Shown: piece by piece, positions 35,001 through 48,776 of the stretch
Numbering within the stretch: position 1 is the stretch's first letter
Layout of the letters: each line of letters begins with the position of its first letter
Assembly (NCBI GenBank): GCA_964252035.1
Contig: OZ176206.1
Source: Podarcis erhardii
Lineage: Eukaryota
Strand: one strand, 5' to 3'
DNA: 64,000 nt
Notes under the pieces: model-generated
What the model was told of the DNA's origin: nothing
The model's database searches: none
What the model saw: only the letters and a program-made list of their open reading frames with translations
Position numbers and translations under genes: made by a program

Positions 35001-38000
35001 CCAGTGGGTCTGTTGTGAGCAAAACTTCGCTGGCCACAACCCAAAAGCTCTCTGGCTTACCCATGGTGCAAACCCCTAGCTCAACCAGCCAATGTCAGAG
35101 GAGCCTTCTATTTTTGTTTTAAATGTATCTGTAAATGTGTGTCAATTTATTTATGTGCATTTAAACTTTTCTTTTTCTTTTGTGTTTTTGAATTTTTGCA
35201 CTATAACAGGGGCGGGGCAGGAATATGAGCAATACAAGCCAGTGTGTAAAATTAAAAAAAAAAGTTTTTTTCTTGAGTACTGCATTTTAAAAATTATTTT
35301 AACCTCCTGGATATTGCAACATTCTGGATATACGTGGGTTTGTCTGAAATGAGCCTTGATTCACATACACACAGCCACAGCAGATGAGGGGGCAAAACCA
35401 ATCCTGGACTATACCACTTTGGCTATGTAAACACCATACATTTAAAGCACATGGCTTCCTCCAAAGAATCCTAAGAACTGTAGTTTGATAAGGGTGCTGG
35501 GAGCTGTAGCTCTGCAACTGGTAAACTGTAATGGCCAGGATTCTTCGTGGGCAGTCATGTGCTTTAAACAGAATTTATGGTGTGTACGTAAGCTATGTGT
35601 CCAGTGAGGATCAGGAAGACCTGGGTTCAAATCTGTACTTCCTGGGTGGCGTTGGGCCAGTGGCTATAGGGCTGTACACACAACCCTCCTTATACATTCA
35701 CCAAACATGTTCCTCACTAAACTAATCTTTGGTGAATATGTGAGGGGTGTGTGAGAGAGAGTTGCCAGGGAACAGTGCAAGATATTTTGCCACCTGAGGC
35801 AGAACATCATGCCCCCTATGTCAAGGCACGTAGTACTCAAGCCCAGCCAAGTTATTTGACATCTGGGGTCACCGCCGTATTACACATTTAAAACATGGGG
35901 CTTTCCCCCCAAAGAATCCTGGGAGCTGTTGTTGGTTAAGGGTGCTGGAAATTATAGTTCTGCAAGGGGTAAACTGTGATTTCCAGGATTCCTTGGCCTG
36001 TGGGGAAAGAGAGTCAAATGCACCAACATAATATAAAGGCTAATAATTGAGATAGAATGGGCCAGGAGAGGGCGCCCTCAGACTCCCAATTTAAGCTACT
36101 AGGGTTCAGCAGAAACCAGATACGTTCAAACAAGCTTACCTTGATTGAATGGTGTGTTTGTGTGGCCACTTACTGGCGGTGGTGGGGGTGGTCAACGAAT
36201 GAATGTAATCCCTGTACACATGTGTTGCAGGTGAGAGCAAATGTGAGCTCATCCCATGGAAAGTGTTCTCTGGAGACCAGTGCTAAAGTGTTCAGCACTT
36301 AGCACTGGTCTTTGAGTAAAAGCTCAGGATTCGGTGGTGCCTTGGCTGCAAAGCAGTGTGTGAAAGAACTGGGTGTGAAAGAACATAGAAAGAGATTGCC
36401 AACAATCCCATCTTGTCCAGCAACCTACTATCACATTGGCCAGCCAGATGCTTATTATGGGAAGCCCACAGGCAACACCTGAGTGCAGCAGGAAAGGTGT
36501 GCCTGCAAAGTAAGGAATGCACACCACTTCTTGCACTCACCACCCTTCCCTGGGCAAGACTGGAAGTGTGCACAGTTGAGCATTTGTATCTTACCTGGCA
36601 AGTTCACACCTGCTGTGACCTGCTTTGCATCTGTTTTGGATGCAGAAGGTCCCAGATTCAATCCCTGACATTGCCAGGTAAGGTAGGGCTGGGGAGGAGA
36701 CCCTGTCTGAAACTCTGGAGAGCTGCAGCCAGTTTGTGTGGACCAAGGGTGGGCTTGAGGGCCGCATTCCCTTCTGGACAATCTTCTGAGGGCCACATGC
36801 CGGTGGTGGGTGGGGCCCAAGACAAAAGTGAATACAACTGAAAGCATTCCTGTTCACTTGGGCATTGGGTGGCTGAAAAATCCTGTTCCTGGCCACGCCG
36901 TGATCACTGGATGGAAGAATGTTTTAAATTGTAGCTGCTTTTAGAAGTTTTTAAATGCAGTCTTTAGAATGTTTTAAACTGTCTTGGGATGTATTTGTGA
37001 TTATCTTTTTGCTGCTCAGAGCTTCTTGAGGACGAAGGGTGGGATATACATTCAACAACAATTCGAATAAGGAGGAGTGCAATAGGCACAATCAGACTTC
37101 AAGGATATGTTCTGGCCTGGCAAAACATTCAAGATGGTGAAGCAAGGCCAGTGAGGGGTGTGGTCTGGGGAGAAGAGGAGGTACCAGATGAGGGCCAGGT
37201 ACCAATGCTTGAAAGGCCACATTTGGTCTCCCGGTTTGAAGTTCCCCATCCCTGGTGTAGACAATATGTGAACCGCTCTGAGACCTCTGGGTATAGGGCG
37301 ATACGTAAATTCAATAAATAATAATAATAATAGGCCAATTGTCTAGCTCAGTACATAAGCCTGTTTCCTACATTCCTAGCAGACAGGAGAAGGACTCTGA
37401 AGTTGTGCTATATGCAACTCATAGTCCTGGTCTGGTAGGAAGAGGGAGCAGACTGGGGGACGGGGGACGGGGGACGGGAACCACCAGGTTGCAGACAGGC
37501 TTCCTCCCTCCTCTAAACAATCAGCAATACTTTCGTGAGAGAATGTCCTGGCTGTTTTGTTATACCTCTGGTTTAGGAAAGCCCTGAAAACGAGTTACCT
37601 GAAGCGGCAGCTTTGTGAGCATACCTACTACTTCATCTACCTATTTCATGAAATGCATATACTGCTTGATTATTTCTAAAGAAAACCTTCAAAGGACCAA
37701 ACAATGAAATCACCAATAAAAACCCCCAGTTAAAAACAACTATTTAAAACATTGAGAAAATAATTAAAATCAACAATGAGCTAAAAGCCAGATTAAAACA
37801 CATATCAGCAGTCTGTGTGTCCGGATAGGCTGGCCTAAACAAAAATGTTTTGAGCAGGTGTTGAAAAGAGTACTGTGAAGGTGCCTTCCTGCTGTCAGCA
37901 GGCAGGGAGTTCCAAATTGTGGCTGCTGCCACACAAAAGGATTTATTTCTTACTAATGCAGAACATATATACAAGCTGTGCTCATATGGAACAGGGCGAG

Positions 38001-41000
38001 TGGGAATTACTTGGTGCCTTTTCATAAGGAGGAGGTTAGGAGAACTGGTGCCCTGGTAAAGGAGCACCCAGAAAATATTTTGCTACATTGCCAAAAAGCA
38101 ATATGGTAGCCTAGCAGCAGGAAAATATCCCTCTCGAAAACCTGTGTGCTGCCTTTTCGAAAAGCCCTTTTCTCTAAACAAAGGCATTGTGCCAACCAGA
38201 GTTTCCTAGAAAGGTCATAGTTTCTTTTTAAGAAACGGAGAGAGGTTTTCAGCCAGGACTGAAAAGATTTCCCCTTAGCAAACTGATCTGAGCAAGCGGC
38301 TCACTCCACTTGTCTCAAACCAACTGCTCCCCTTTGGAATTAATAAGCTGCAGCCTTCCATGGAAGGAAGCAGCCTTGACTGACAGCAGCTGCTGAAGGT
38401 CCAGATGAGCTGATCTGGGGACTCTCTTTCCCTGCTGTCAAACAGAGGCAACCAGGACGGCTCCTGCCTTAGGGCAGGTATGTGGGCTGCAAGGCCCCAA
38501 GGTGAAAAGGAGGAAATTTTTCAAATGCATTTTCATTCCCACCTGAGGCAAAAAGCTGTCAGCGCAAAGCAGAACCCCACATGCCATCATTGCAATGCTG
38601 GAGGGAGCTGCAGATGCTGGAGTGAGTGCGTTTTGAAAACAGGAGCCAGTGCTCAGTACATCCCAAGTCCAGACTGTAAAATAAGCTCCAGTGGTGTGCA
38701 CAAAGAAATTGCCTGGTAAGGTTGCTGGTTTAAAAGATATAGAAAACTCACAGTTTATTACTCTCTGGCTAACAAGCCTAAGAAAGGGTTTGACATGTGG
38801 CCAAGCTGGAGGCAAAAAGTTAACACTAGCGCAGTATAGCTCAACACTTGAGGACTAACTTGGAGAAGAAGCAGAATGTAAAGCTTGGGAGGCAGTGATC
38901 TACTTCACCCAAAAGTAGCTAATAAAGAGGAGGAATCAGTAAAGAGGAAGAACAGGTTGCCTTTCTGTCTATTGCTTGCCAACTAGTTTGGATAACTTAT
39001 TGAAAGTGTGTTGCTTTGCTCCCCACACGAACCAACAAAAGACAGCAAAGCTGGCATAGGGAAAGTGTGGTCCTCAACATGGTGTTGGACTGCAATCCCT
39101 TCCCATCCCTAGACATTGGGGCATGATGGCTAGAGTTGTGGGGAGCTGGAGTCAAACAACCTCCGGAGGCTACAAGTTCCACAGCCCTGCGGTACATTCA
39201 CAAGGTTGGGCGTTGCTTCTGCAATGCTAGTCCTCTAAGGTCATGACAAGTAAATATTTCTGGCATCGTCTACTGTTGTTACACGAAGATGGTGAGCAAG
39301 GCAACTAATCCTGATGGGCTGCAATTTCGCCAAGCCACTAGTCCTTCAAACAGCACCCGTCTGATTTGCACCCTTGGGCCAGGTCTGCAGACAGTTGTCT
39401 AAGTAGGGCAGGCAATGGAGGCTGGTCCATAAGGCAAATTTGTTCTATTTTTGCATTTGTTCCCCCCCCCCATCCATAATGTTAAATACACACTGAAAGC
39501 AGCAGGTATTATTTTCCTGTTAATTATGCTGCTTTAGATGTGTATTCTATATTTGATCTTATCCGGAATGTTTTATTTCAACATATTGTCATTTTCAATA
39601 TTTGGTGCTTAGGCTGCAGGCCGCTTTGAGAAGCAGTTTAAAGGAAAATAATACGTGCAAAAACCCCAGACAGGGGCCTTGCCAAGCCTACCTGGAGATG
39701 CTGGGGATTGAAGCTGGGGCCTTCTGCATTCAAGGCAGGTGTTCTGCCACTGATGTACAGCTTTTCCCCTTTCTGAAGATGGAGAGAAGAAAGCATAATT
39801 AAAAAGAAGTATGTCTCTTGCCCAGAGATATATTTGGGTATGTCCATACCTTGTCTTAAGGTGGGCTGTGAACCCCATGTGGCAGTATCTACTGCCTTCT
39901 CCTTCCTAAATGTGGAGATTCCCTATGCAATCGGTGTAGCTCTTCTATTTGGATTTTCAAAACGTAGGGTGTCTCCAGATTTAGGGAAGAGAAAGTGTGG
40001 GACAGCAGTTGTTGAAAGGGAAGTGGCGCATGGGCAAGGGGGAATTAAAGGAGGCACAAGTGGTTCACAATTCACATTGAAGTATAGACAGGCACTTTGC
40101 TCTCCCCCCAACACCTCCCCCACTACCTTTCACTGAACATCTAACCTGAGGAACAGTTCTGTGTGACCTGAAAGCTTGCATCCCGATCCCTCCTGGAAAT
40201 GCCAGGGTTGATTTTTGTGTAACTAACACCGGAGTAGGTATGTGAGATCAGCCAGTGAGATTCTTTTTCCACACTCCCTCCCACCTGCTCCACATTGCTC
40301 TCCAGCCCCTTAATCCAGACTCAGATTTCTATAAATAAAACACCAGTTGCATACAGTTTTTCCAAGCACGGAGCCTGTCTGCTCACCAATCCTGTTTAAA
40401 AATAAAATTAAATTGAAGGGGTAAAGGAGACCAGGAGCAGGATCCCATGATAGAGCAGGGGTTTTTTGCTTTTTGCTTTTTAAAAAGATACTGTTTTAAG
40501 AAATTGAAGCTGAGTTTAGTTTGGGTTCAAATGTCCAGAAAATAAGTCGAATGCTAGATATTTGGCAACAGGTGCAAAATCCTGTTTTTGACACTGATGT
40601 CAAACGGGTGGGAAGAGAGGAGGTTTTGCAAGGGAGAATTAGCAGCACGAGTGCTCACACCTCCCCCTCTGTGACCTCTCGCCACAGGTGCTCTCCTCCA
40701 CTTTGTGTCAATAATTCCATACCTCCTCTAAAGCGCAAATTATGTAGGAGCACTTTGATCTGCAGAACTTGTGCTTCTACAAGTGCCACTCAGTGCTCCT
40801 TCCACATTTGTAAGGAGTCGTTCCTTCAGTATGGAAGCCAGTGGTCTTTTGGCAAGTTCAGGGTCCCTTTGTGATAGTCACAGACATGCCCGCTCACGGC
40901 CATGCCCCCTTCTAAGATTATACAATGAACTTACAATTATGCAATAATTATCATTAGGGAACTCATTGCTACTGTCAACACAGATCTCCCTGCTGCATTT

Positions 41001-42745
41001 CAGCTAAATCTATTATTTTCTGTGCACAAACATAGGCAAATGATTTGGAGTCTTCCAATATCTTCTGGGAGTGACTTAAGCTTGCTTTCCCCTGAAGTTC
41101 CATTGTACATAACAGAAATGGCACCCCATATTTATATATTCAAATATTTATTCCACTTATTATCCCACCTTGCCAAGTTCCAAGTGAGAATACTGAGATC
41201 TTTCTGGGAGCTTCTGAGTCAATGACAAAGCTTCTTTGGGGGTCTCAAAGTAGTGCCATTATACTTGTGTTACCTAGGTTTTGACCGAGAGAATACCTTA
41301 AATGCAGAATTATTAAGGGAGTGACCAAATCTCAGCTCCCCTTCCCTAGGTAAGCACCTTCTGCAGTCAGTGAACTTCTTAGAGCGGATCTGGGTGATAT
41401 TGGGGAAGGTGATAAATGCCAGGGTCTCAGTCCTTTACTGTTCTGTCTCACATTTCCAGGCCTCGCAGCCCAACTTCCATTATTCGCTGAGGAACTTGTG
41501 TTCTCCTGTCTACACCCAGCATTACTATGGGCCCCTTTTAACTCAAATGCATATGTCAGAGACCAGATGTTATATATCTGCTAAGTCATGGAAACCATGA
41601 CTCAATGCTGCCCCTCTGATCATGAATGTCCACCCAGTTGCAGCGGGGGTCATTGTCTAGTTCCATAAATGGTCCTAAGATGTCCTGAATGTCTGCTAAC
41701 AGTTGAGCCTCGTATCTCACCAGTCCACTGGAATTTGGAACAGGACAGTTCATAGCTGTCAACTTTTCCCTTTTCTTGCGAGGAATCCTATTCGGAATAA
41801 GGGAATTTCCCTTAAAAAAAGGGAACAGTTGACAGCTATGGGCCAGTTATGTATGATCATCTGCAAGATGACCTTTGACCTTGAGCCCTGGGCAGTACCA
41901 TGAGGTTTTGAGCTAGCTCGCTTAAGATTCCCCATTCTCTTGCAAATGGAAGCACCTTGTGGTTTCAGTGTTTCTTTGGAGCATAAAGAGATACCGGTAA
42001 CTCCTTTTTGGTTTTCCTCCCACATGCCTTCTCCAGAGTGACCTTAGGAGCCAGTCCCCACTGTCTGACTCATCTCCTTTCACTTGGATTGGTTCCAATC
42101 AGAACAAAGGGTGAGAATACTTTCTTCTCTGGGGCTAAAAAGCTCCCCTTTCTGATGACTGGGTAGCTCTGGGACTCTGGGGAGACCCTGCTGCAGAAAT
42201 AAAAACAACACCCCGTCCATGACCCTGGACCACTGCACTTCTGGTGGCAGCACCTATGCTTTGGAACTCCCTGCCTATTAACATTAGACAGCCGCCTGCT
42301 GAAAAGTTTTCTGCTTCAATGGGCCTATCCAGGCTGTGTGTACACTATACCTTCAATGCACACTCTTTCCCCCAAATAATTCTGGGCACTGTAGTTTGTT
42401 AAGAGTTGCTGGGAATTGTAATTCTATCAGGGCTACTAAACTGGTGGCTGCACAGAAGGGGCATGGCTCAGTGGTTGAGCATCTGTTTTGCATGCAGAAG
42501 GTGCCAGGCTCTTTCCCCAGTATCTCCAGGTAAAGCTGAAAGTAAATCTTGCCTGAGACCCTGAAGAGCCACTGCCAGTCAGTGTTGACAATACGGAGCT
42601 AGATGGACTAACGGTCAGACTTGGTATATAAGACAGCTTCCTGTGTTCGTATGCCCAGAGCAGCTAATGGGATAATTGCCCCACGGCTGCAATCCTTTTC
42701 TTCATATGCCATTTTCCTAATTAAAATTGCCACCCCGCAACAAAT

Positions 42746-42748
<3 letters not shown>

Positions 42749-42794
<46 letters not shown>
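42749..42794. repeat. (AT)n microsatellite
   Basis: About 23 units. Confidence 0.98.
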
Positions 42795-42796
<2 letters not shown>

Positions 42797-44867
42797 CAGG
42801 TACTGTATTTTACTTGTAAGCTTTTACATTTTGCAGGCGGAAAGCAGCTTGGGAGGGAGGGAATTCAAATCAGAAAAAACAGCATGAGCCAAAGATTAGG
42901 AACCTCCTCAACTCCCCCACTCAACTTCTGCACAACATTTGCTTTTTCCAACCATAGGCTCCCTCTTCCATATTCAGTTTCTGTGCTGGGTCACTGTAAT
43001 GTATTTATCATAATCATCATCACATTTATAGCCCCCTTTTCCTCCATGGATCTCAAGGTGGCATATATAGCGTTCCATATTATCCTCACAACAACCCTGT
43101 TAAACACTACTCTCTTTCTCCTTCCTTTGACAGCATGGATTTCTGTTGACACGCTGAAGCATTCCACTTATGATAGTCTTCCCCCTATCAGCTTTAAACT
43201 TGTTTTATGCTTTATTACTTCTCTATTCCACCTTTTCCTCCAAGGAGCTCAAGGTGGCATGCATGGTTCTCCCCCTCTTCATAGTATCCTCACAACAACC
43301 CTACGAGGTAGGTTAGCCTGAGAGACTGTGGCTGGTCCAAAGTTACCCAGCAAGCATCACGGCTGAGTGGGGATTTGAACCCTGGTCTCCCAAGTCCGGG
43401 TCCAAAACTCTAGCCATACACCGGCTCAGCTGTCCTCAGCTATCCCTGTTGATGTTTCCATTCTACAGAAAATTGAAAATTGAATCACACAACCTTTTGG
43501 CCAAGTGTTTTATTCACATCTGTTTGCTTCTCTAAAGCTTCCCCCTTTCCCCCCTGATCAGTTAAGAAAGCAGCTGTTGCTAGTTCACACAGCAGGACTG
43601 AGACACTTTTGTAGACCTAATGGATTCTATGAAGTGAGGCGCAGCAGATTGAGATACTGGCATGAGTCAGCCAGAGAGGGGTAGGCTGCCTATGCTTTGA
43701 TTCATCTCTCTATTTGGGGGGACCTAATATTTTATAGGAAGGAGATGAAAATTCCTGGAGAAGCCCAGAAGTCATTGAGTACTACGTACACCCTCCGCTG
43801 GCGATGGCAGTATGCCTCTGAATACCAGCTGCTAGGAGTCACAGGTAGGGAGATTGGCTGTTGCACTCGGGCCCTGCTGTCCAGCTTCCCATATTCTTTC
43901 TTCTTTGTCCAGCTTCCCATTCTTCTTTCTTCTTACTCCTCGTAGCCGAGTAAGATTGCCTTCCATGAACACAGTCTTAACAGCGAGTCCATAAGTGAAT
44001 GTGGAGGCCAATTCTGGATCCACACATCCTTCCACAAGTGGAGGCATAGGTTTCCGGGCAGGAGTTGATCACGGTGACAGTTTCCCAAACATGCCTTCCT
44101 CTTAGCTTGTTTCTCCCTTTCTTCCTGAGTTTATGCTTCTTCAAAGTCTGTTGGAGTGCTCGCAGGCCAGTGTTTCCCAGTTACCAGTGCTTATACTACA
44201 TTTAAGTAAATGTAAAAGTAAATAAAACAGACAAATCCCCCAACAATTTGTTTCAAAACTACCCAAATTCTTGTAGTGTATTATGGATGAGGGAATGGTG
44301 GGGACCTTATCTCAAATCCACGTTATTTATTTGTTTGTTTATTTATAATTTTTAAAAATTAGGTATACTGCTATATCATTAAAAAAAGCCCCAAAGCGGT
44401 TTGCAGCAATAAAACCATGCAGAAAATGCATTAAGAACTTTAAAGCAATTTTAAAACAAAAAAGGGAAAAACAAACATCAGTACTCTTAATTGCCTGCAT
44501 AGGCCTGGTGGAATAGAAAGGCTTTCAGCAGGTGTTTAAAAGCTGGCATAGAAGGCACCTGCTGAATCTCTACTGGTAGAATATTGCACAAGACAGTTTC
44601 TCATTGTTGTCAAATTAGCCTGACCAACTCGGGAATGACCAGCGACACTCATGCAGGTGACCTTAGTGATTAAGCTGGAATATAAGGGTTCAGGCAACTC
44701 CTGAGGTACCCTGGATCTACCGGTAAGTTGTTCAGGGCTTTGTCAGTTAATACAAGGACCAGGAACCTGGCTTGGTAGCAGAGGAGCAGCCAGTGCAGCT
44801 GTTTTACCAATGGTGTCACATGTTCTCAACCAAAACATCAGCAATCTGTCTGCTGCATTCTCTACAG

Positions 44868-45003
44868 CAGGCTTCCTCAACCTCAGCCCTCCAGATATTT
44901 TGAGACTACAATTCCCATCATCCCAGACCAATGGTCCTGCTAGCTAGGGATCATGGGAGTTGTAAGCCAAAAACATCTGGAGGGCCGAGGTTGAGGAAGC
45001 CTG
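44868..45003. mobile_element. hAT-type palindromic MITE (136 bp)
   Basis: Same TIRs as 18507; TSD ctctacag/ctccacag. Confidence 0.9.
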
Positions 45004-45959
45004 CTCCACAGTATACCTAATTTACCTACCCAGCCATGAAGCCGGTCGCAATTTCGCACAGCTTGACCTACCTCACAGGGGTGTTGTTGTGAGGATGAAA
45101 TGGGGAGAAGTGTCTATGCCACCTTGAGCTCCTTGAAGGAAAGATGAGAGATAAATGTAATAAATAAACTTGCAGGAAAACTCTGCAACTCAATTAACTT
45201 TTACTCAGAGTAGACCAATTAATGGACAGGACTAACTGAAATCTATTCATTTCATGAGGTCTTTCTACTCTGAATAAAAGTTCACTGCAATCCTAAATAA
45301 AGAAAAGCAGACTTGTGCTTCCAGTTTTATTAAAGTCAGACCAAAAAAAAAAATGAACCAGAAATTTAAATTTTTTTGGCGGAACATTTCAGCAGGCCTA
45401 GCTGTCTACAGGAGAAAACTAGTAATGGTGCTTCCCTTCACACACCTCTAGTTTTTCATGGAGGGGGGTGATGATTAAAATTTGTATACCACTTTTCATC
45501 TGCGGATCTTAGGGCGGTTCACAAGATAAAATTACAATTTTAAAAACACAAAAGGCATAAGAAATAAGAACAAACACAAACCAATAATCCTAGGCTAACC
45601 AAACATCAGGAAAATTTCTGACATGTCCTAGTTTTCGCGTGTTGGGGGAATTTTCGGCAAAATGACAGGAAAATCTTGATGTATAGCAATGCAATGGAAA
45701 AAGCAGTGGAAACAGCTAAAGAAGCTTAAAATTACTATTTTTGGGTTAGGTTTTCCCATGAAAAGCTCAACAATTTTGGTGGTTTCCTTAAAAAAAAACT
45801 TTGCAGGTGTCAGGAATTTTACTTTTTGAAATATGGCAATCCTACAATAATCCCCTCTCTCACAACACATGGCAAGAGTTTCTCCCAATTGCCTCTTTAA
45901 AAGTTCCTTCATTAGTTTCACCTGCAAAGACGCAGCAGCAGCAGCAACAATCAACAAAG

Positions 45960-46252
45960 AATTCCTTTCTGGACTCCCCACTTCATGCTGTGTGTGTGAT
46001 CAGATCCACTAGGAGGGGAAGTGAACCCAGCAACAAAGCAGCCCTTGGCCAAATGGCTGAGAGTTCCCAGCTCACACCCATAAGAGTCACCGCTGCAGAC
46101 GGAAGTGTCTGCATGACACACTCAGAGAGCACACACCTCCTCGCTGGCTTCACACGCTCCGACGCCTGGGCTCCCTGAGCCTGCCTGCCTTTTTGCTCCT
46201 CTCTCCCCCCTCCTCGCAACTCTTTCTTGGATTATACAAGTCGCTCTCAAAC
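45960..46252 (+). promoter_or_regulatory. Putative PLEKHN1 proximal promoter / 5' UTR
   Basis: TE-free stretch with several CpGs directly upstream of the ATG; ETS-type CGGAAGTG at about 46100. The TSS cannot be fixed from sequence. Confidence 0.5.
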
Positions 46253-46332
46253 ATGGGGAACATGGCTTGCGTCCCCCAGGCACCTGGCAGGTTCCGATAC
46301 TCCTTCTCCAGGAAACCCTCGCTTCGGAAAGA
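46253..46332 (+). CDS. PLEKHN1: PLEKHN1 coding exon 1 (80 bp): MGNMACVPQAPGRFRYSFSRKPSLRK(E)
   Basis: Kozak aaacATGG; donor AAAGA|gtgagt. Resembles the recalled human N-terminus MGNSHCVPQAPRRLRASFSRKPSLK. KLHL17 followed by PLEKHN1 on the same strand is the human gene order. Missed by the ORF track. Confidence 0.9.
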
Positions 46333-48644
46333 GTGAGTACGCCGCAATCTTTCCTTTTAAGTTTTCTGTGCTGCTGCTGTCTGCGTGTTTTGTTCTTTTA
46401 AAAAGAAAGCCTCATTGGGAATAAAATTCCCTTGCTGGGTCTCGCTTTCTTCAAGAAAAGTCAGGCAATGTGTGCATGTCCGTTTCCTTGAGATTTATCA
46501 TGACAAGTGTTACAGTACCTCCACACTTCTCATATCGCACGCAAAGAATTTGGTGGAGTTCTTGGAATACAGGACGGTGTCTGGTGTGTGTTTGTGTGTG
46601 TGGAGAGACAACAGTTCCTTTATTTTAAATGGGTGTGTGTGTGTTTTTTTTGTTTCCTTTGGAGTGGCACCCCTGACGGCTTCAGTTTAATTGAATTGTT
46701 TTTAAAATTATATCCCACTTGAGAATTAAAAGGTTCGAGTTAGATTGCAAAACGTTAATGTGCTGGGCAGTCCTATGCAGAATAACTCATAATAACACAC
46801 AGCATAAATTTAAAGCAAACCCTCCTCCCAGTAATTTACCTTTCACAGAACTACATTTTCCAGCACTGTTAAACTACAGTTCCCAGGATTCTTCAGGGAG
46901 GACAATCAGCTTTAAATACATGGTGTGTATGCAATCTTTGCTCTCCAGTAAGTGTGTTTTTGTCTAGTTAAAATAACAATAGCCATTTAACAGAAGTTTA
47001 AGATACAGTCTCTAGAAAGACGAATGTTTCAAATGAACTTTTAATTCAAAGTCTCACTGGAAATAACTTTCCCTTGCTTATAGGCAGTGTTAGAAAGGCA
47101 GCCCTTTCCTCAATCCCTTCCTATAATCCTTTAGGAATTATAATCCTAAATATTTACTGCTATTTTGGGGGCGTATTTCTATGTTCGAAACATGGTGAGC
47201 CCCCAAAGTGGCAAATGGTGTGTAATCAAGGGAAGTAATGATAAGAGTTTTGAACAAGATGGGGGTTTTATATATATATATTTCTTCATTACATAATTGA
47301 AATCAGTTTCAGAACTCCAGTGAAATAGTAATTTACGGTACTTCACCATAGTTTCCCTACATGGATAGCACTGAATGTAAATTGTGGCACACAACTGATT
47401 TCACTGTGTGTTGTGTACAGTGTACCCAGTGAAATTAGAGCCTTGTGGCATATTTAATGGCTCGCAAATTTATAGTAGTGTGAGTTGTTGTGGACTACAG
47501 CCCACATCATCAAGTGAAGTGGGCATGAATTCTGAGAACATATGACCCAATAAATCTGTGAGTCTTAAAGGTGCCCAAGTCTTTGTGTCTGCGGTGGCTA
47601 CCCCTCTAGAAGTTGTCCCAGCAAAATGGACAACATGCACATTATGCGATCATTGCTGATAAGCCCTGTGTGCTATTTCCTACACAGAACCACCCTCTGT
47701 GTAGGAATGTCATGCTATTTGAAGTGTGGGCTTTACGTGGATTAGTCTATCTGAACACCAGAACCTCCTGTTGTAAGCTATATGCTCCTGTTCTACCTTC
47801 GATACTGATCAAGTTTGAAAACTTCGTGGCAGCATAAGGGCTTCACAACAGCACTTTAAAAAGGGAGATTTCATAATGCGTTCACAAAACTAGCTCAGAT
47901 TTGCAATGGAAAGGACAACACAAAAGGGATGTAGTTGAGCCCCCTGCCATTCTCATGGTTTTCCCACCTCACAGTTCCCACCAGACAAAATCTAGCCTTA
48001 CATAGAACCTGCACAGTAAAACTAAGTGACTGTTTGTATATGTGGAGGAGGAATGGAAAACTAGGCCAAATTCCTTGGTGCCAACATGGTTGGAAAAACA
48101 ATCCAGGGATGATGTGCCTTTTTCAGATTTTTAAGTGCCCAAATGGCCAGGCGCCTGAGCTTTCTTTCTTTAGGTGTCTATGTGGGTGTAAACTTACAGG
48201 CAGGAACCCTGAAACTGATGCTGGTAATTGTGTAAAGGGCTGTGGCTCCGTGGTGGAGCATCTATTTTGTGCTAGTTTCAATCCCCAACATCTCCAGGTA
48301 GGGCAGGTAATATCCCTTCTGAAACCCTGGAGAGCCACTGACGGTCAGTGCAGACGATACTGAGCTAGATGGATCTAGGGTCTTAGTATAAGGCAACTTC
48401 CTATATACAAGATCCAGACTTAAACGTCTTATGGTTGCATGAAAAATCAGAGGATTTGTGGGCAAATGCAAAATCACGTAGCATGTTGAAAATGCTGTGT
48501 GTCCAGGCAGTGTCCCCAATGCCCATCAAGCCATTTGGGTGGAAAATGCCAATATGATTGCACATTGTATCCACCTGCGAAGCACTTGACGTTGTTAGGT
48601 TTTGGTGGCGCCGAGATGAGTAGTTGTGAATTAGTGGAGCAACA

Positions 48645-48776
48645 CACTTCCCTCTTCCCTCTCCAGAAGGGAATTAAAGCATCATCAACAAAAGAGTTAA
48701 TGGACTGCCATAGAATTCATAGAACTCTCTTGTTGATGTGGCTTTAATTCCCTTCTGGAGAGGGAAGAGGGAAGTG
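48645..48776. repeat. Long inverted repeat (54-bp arms, 24-nt loop)
   Basis: Arms 48645-48698 and 48723-48776; the outer 36 bp pair perfectly, 51/54 overall. Confidence 0.95.
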
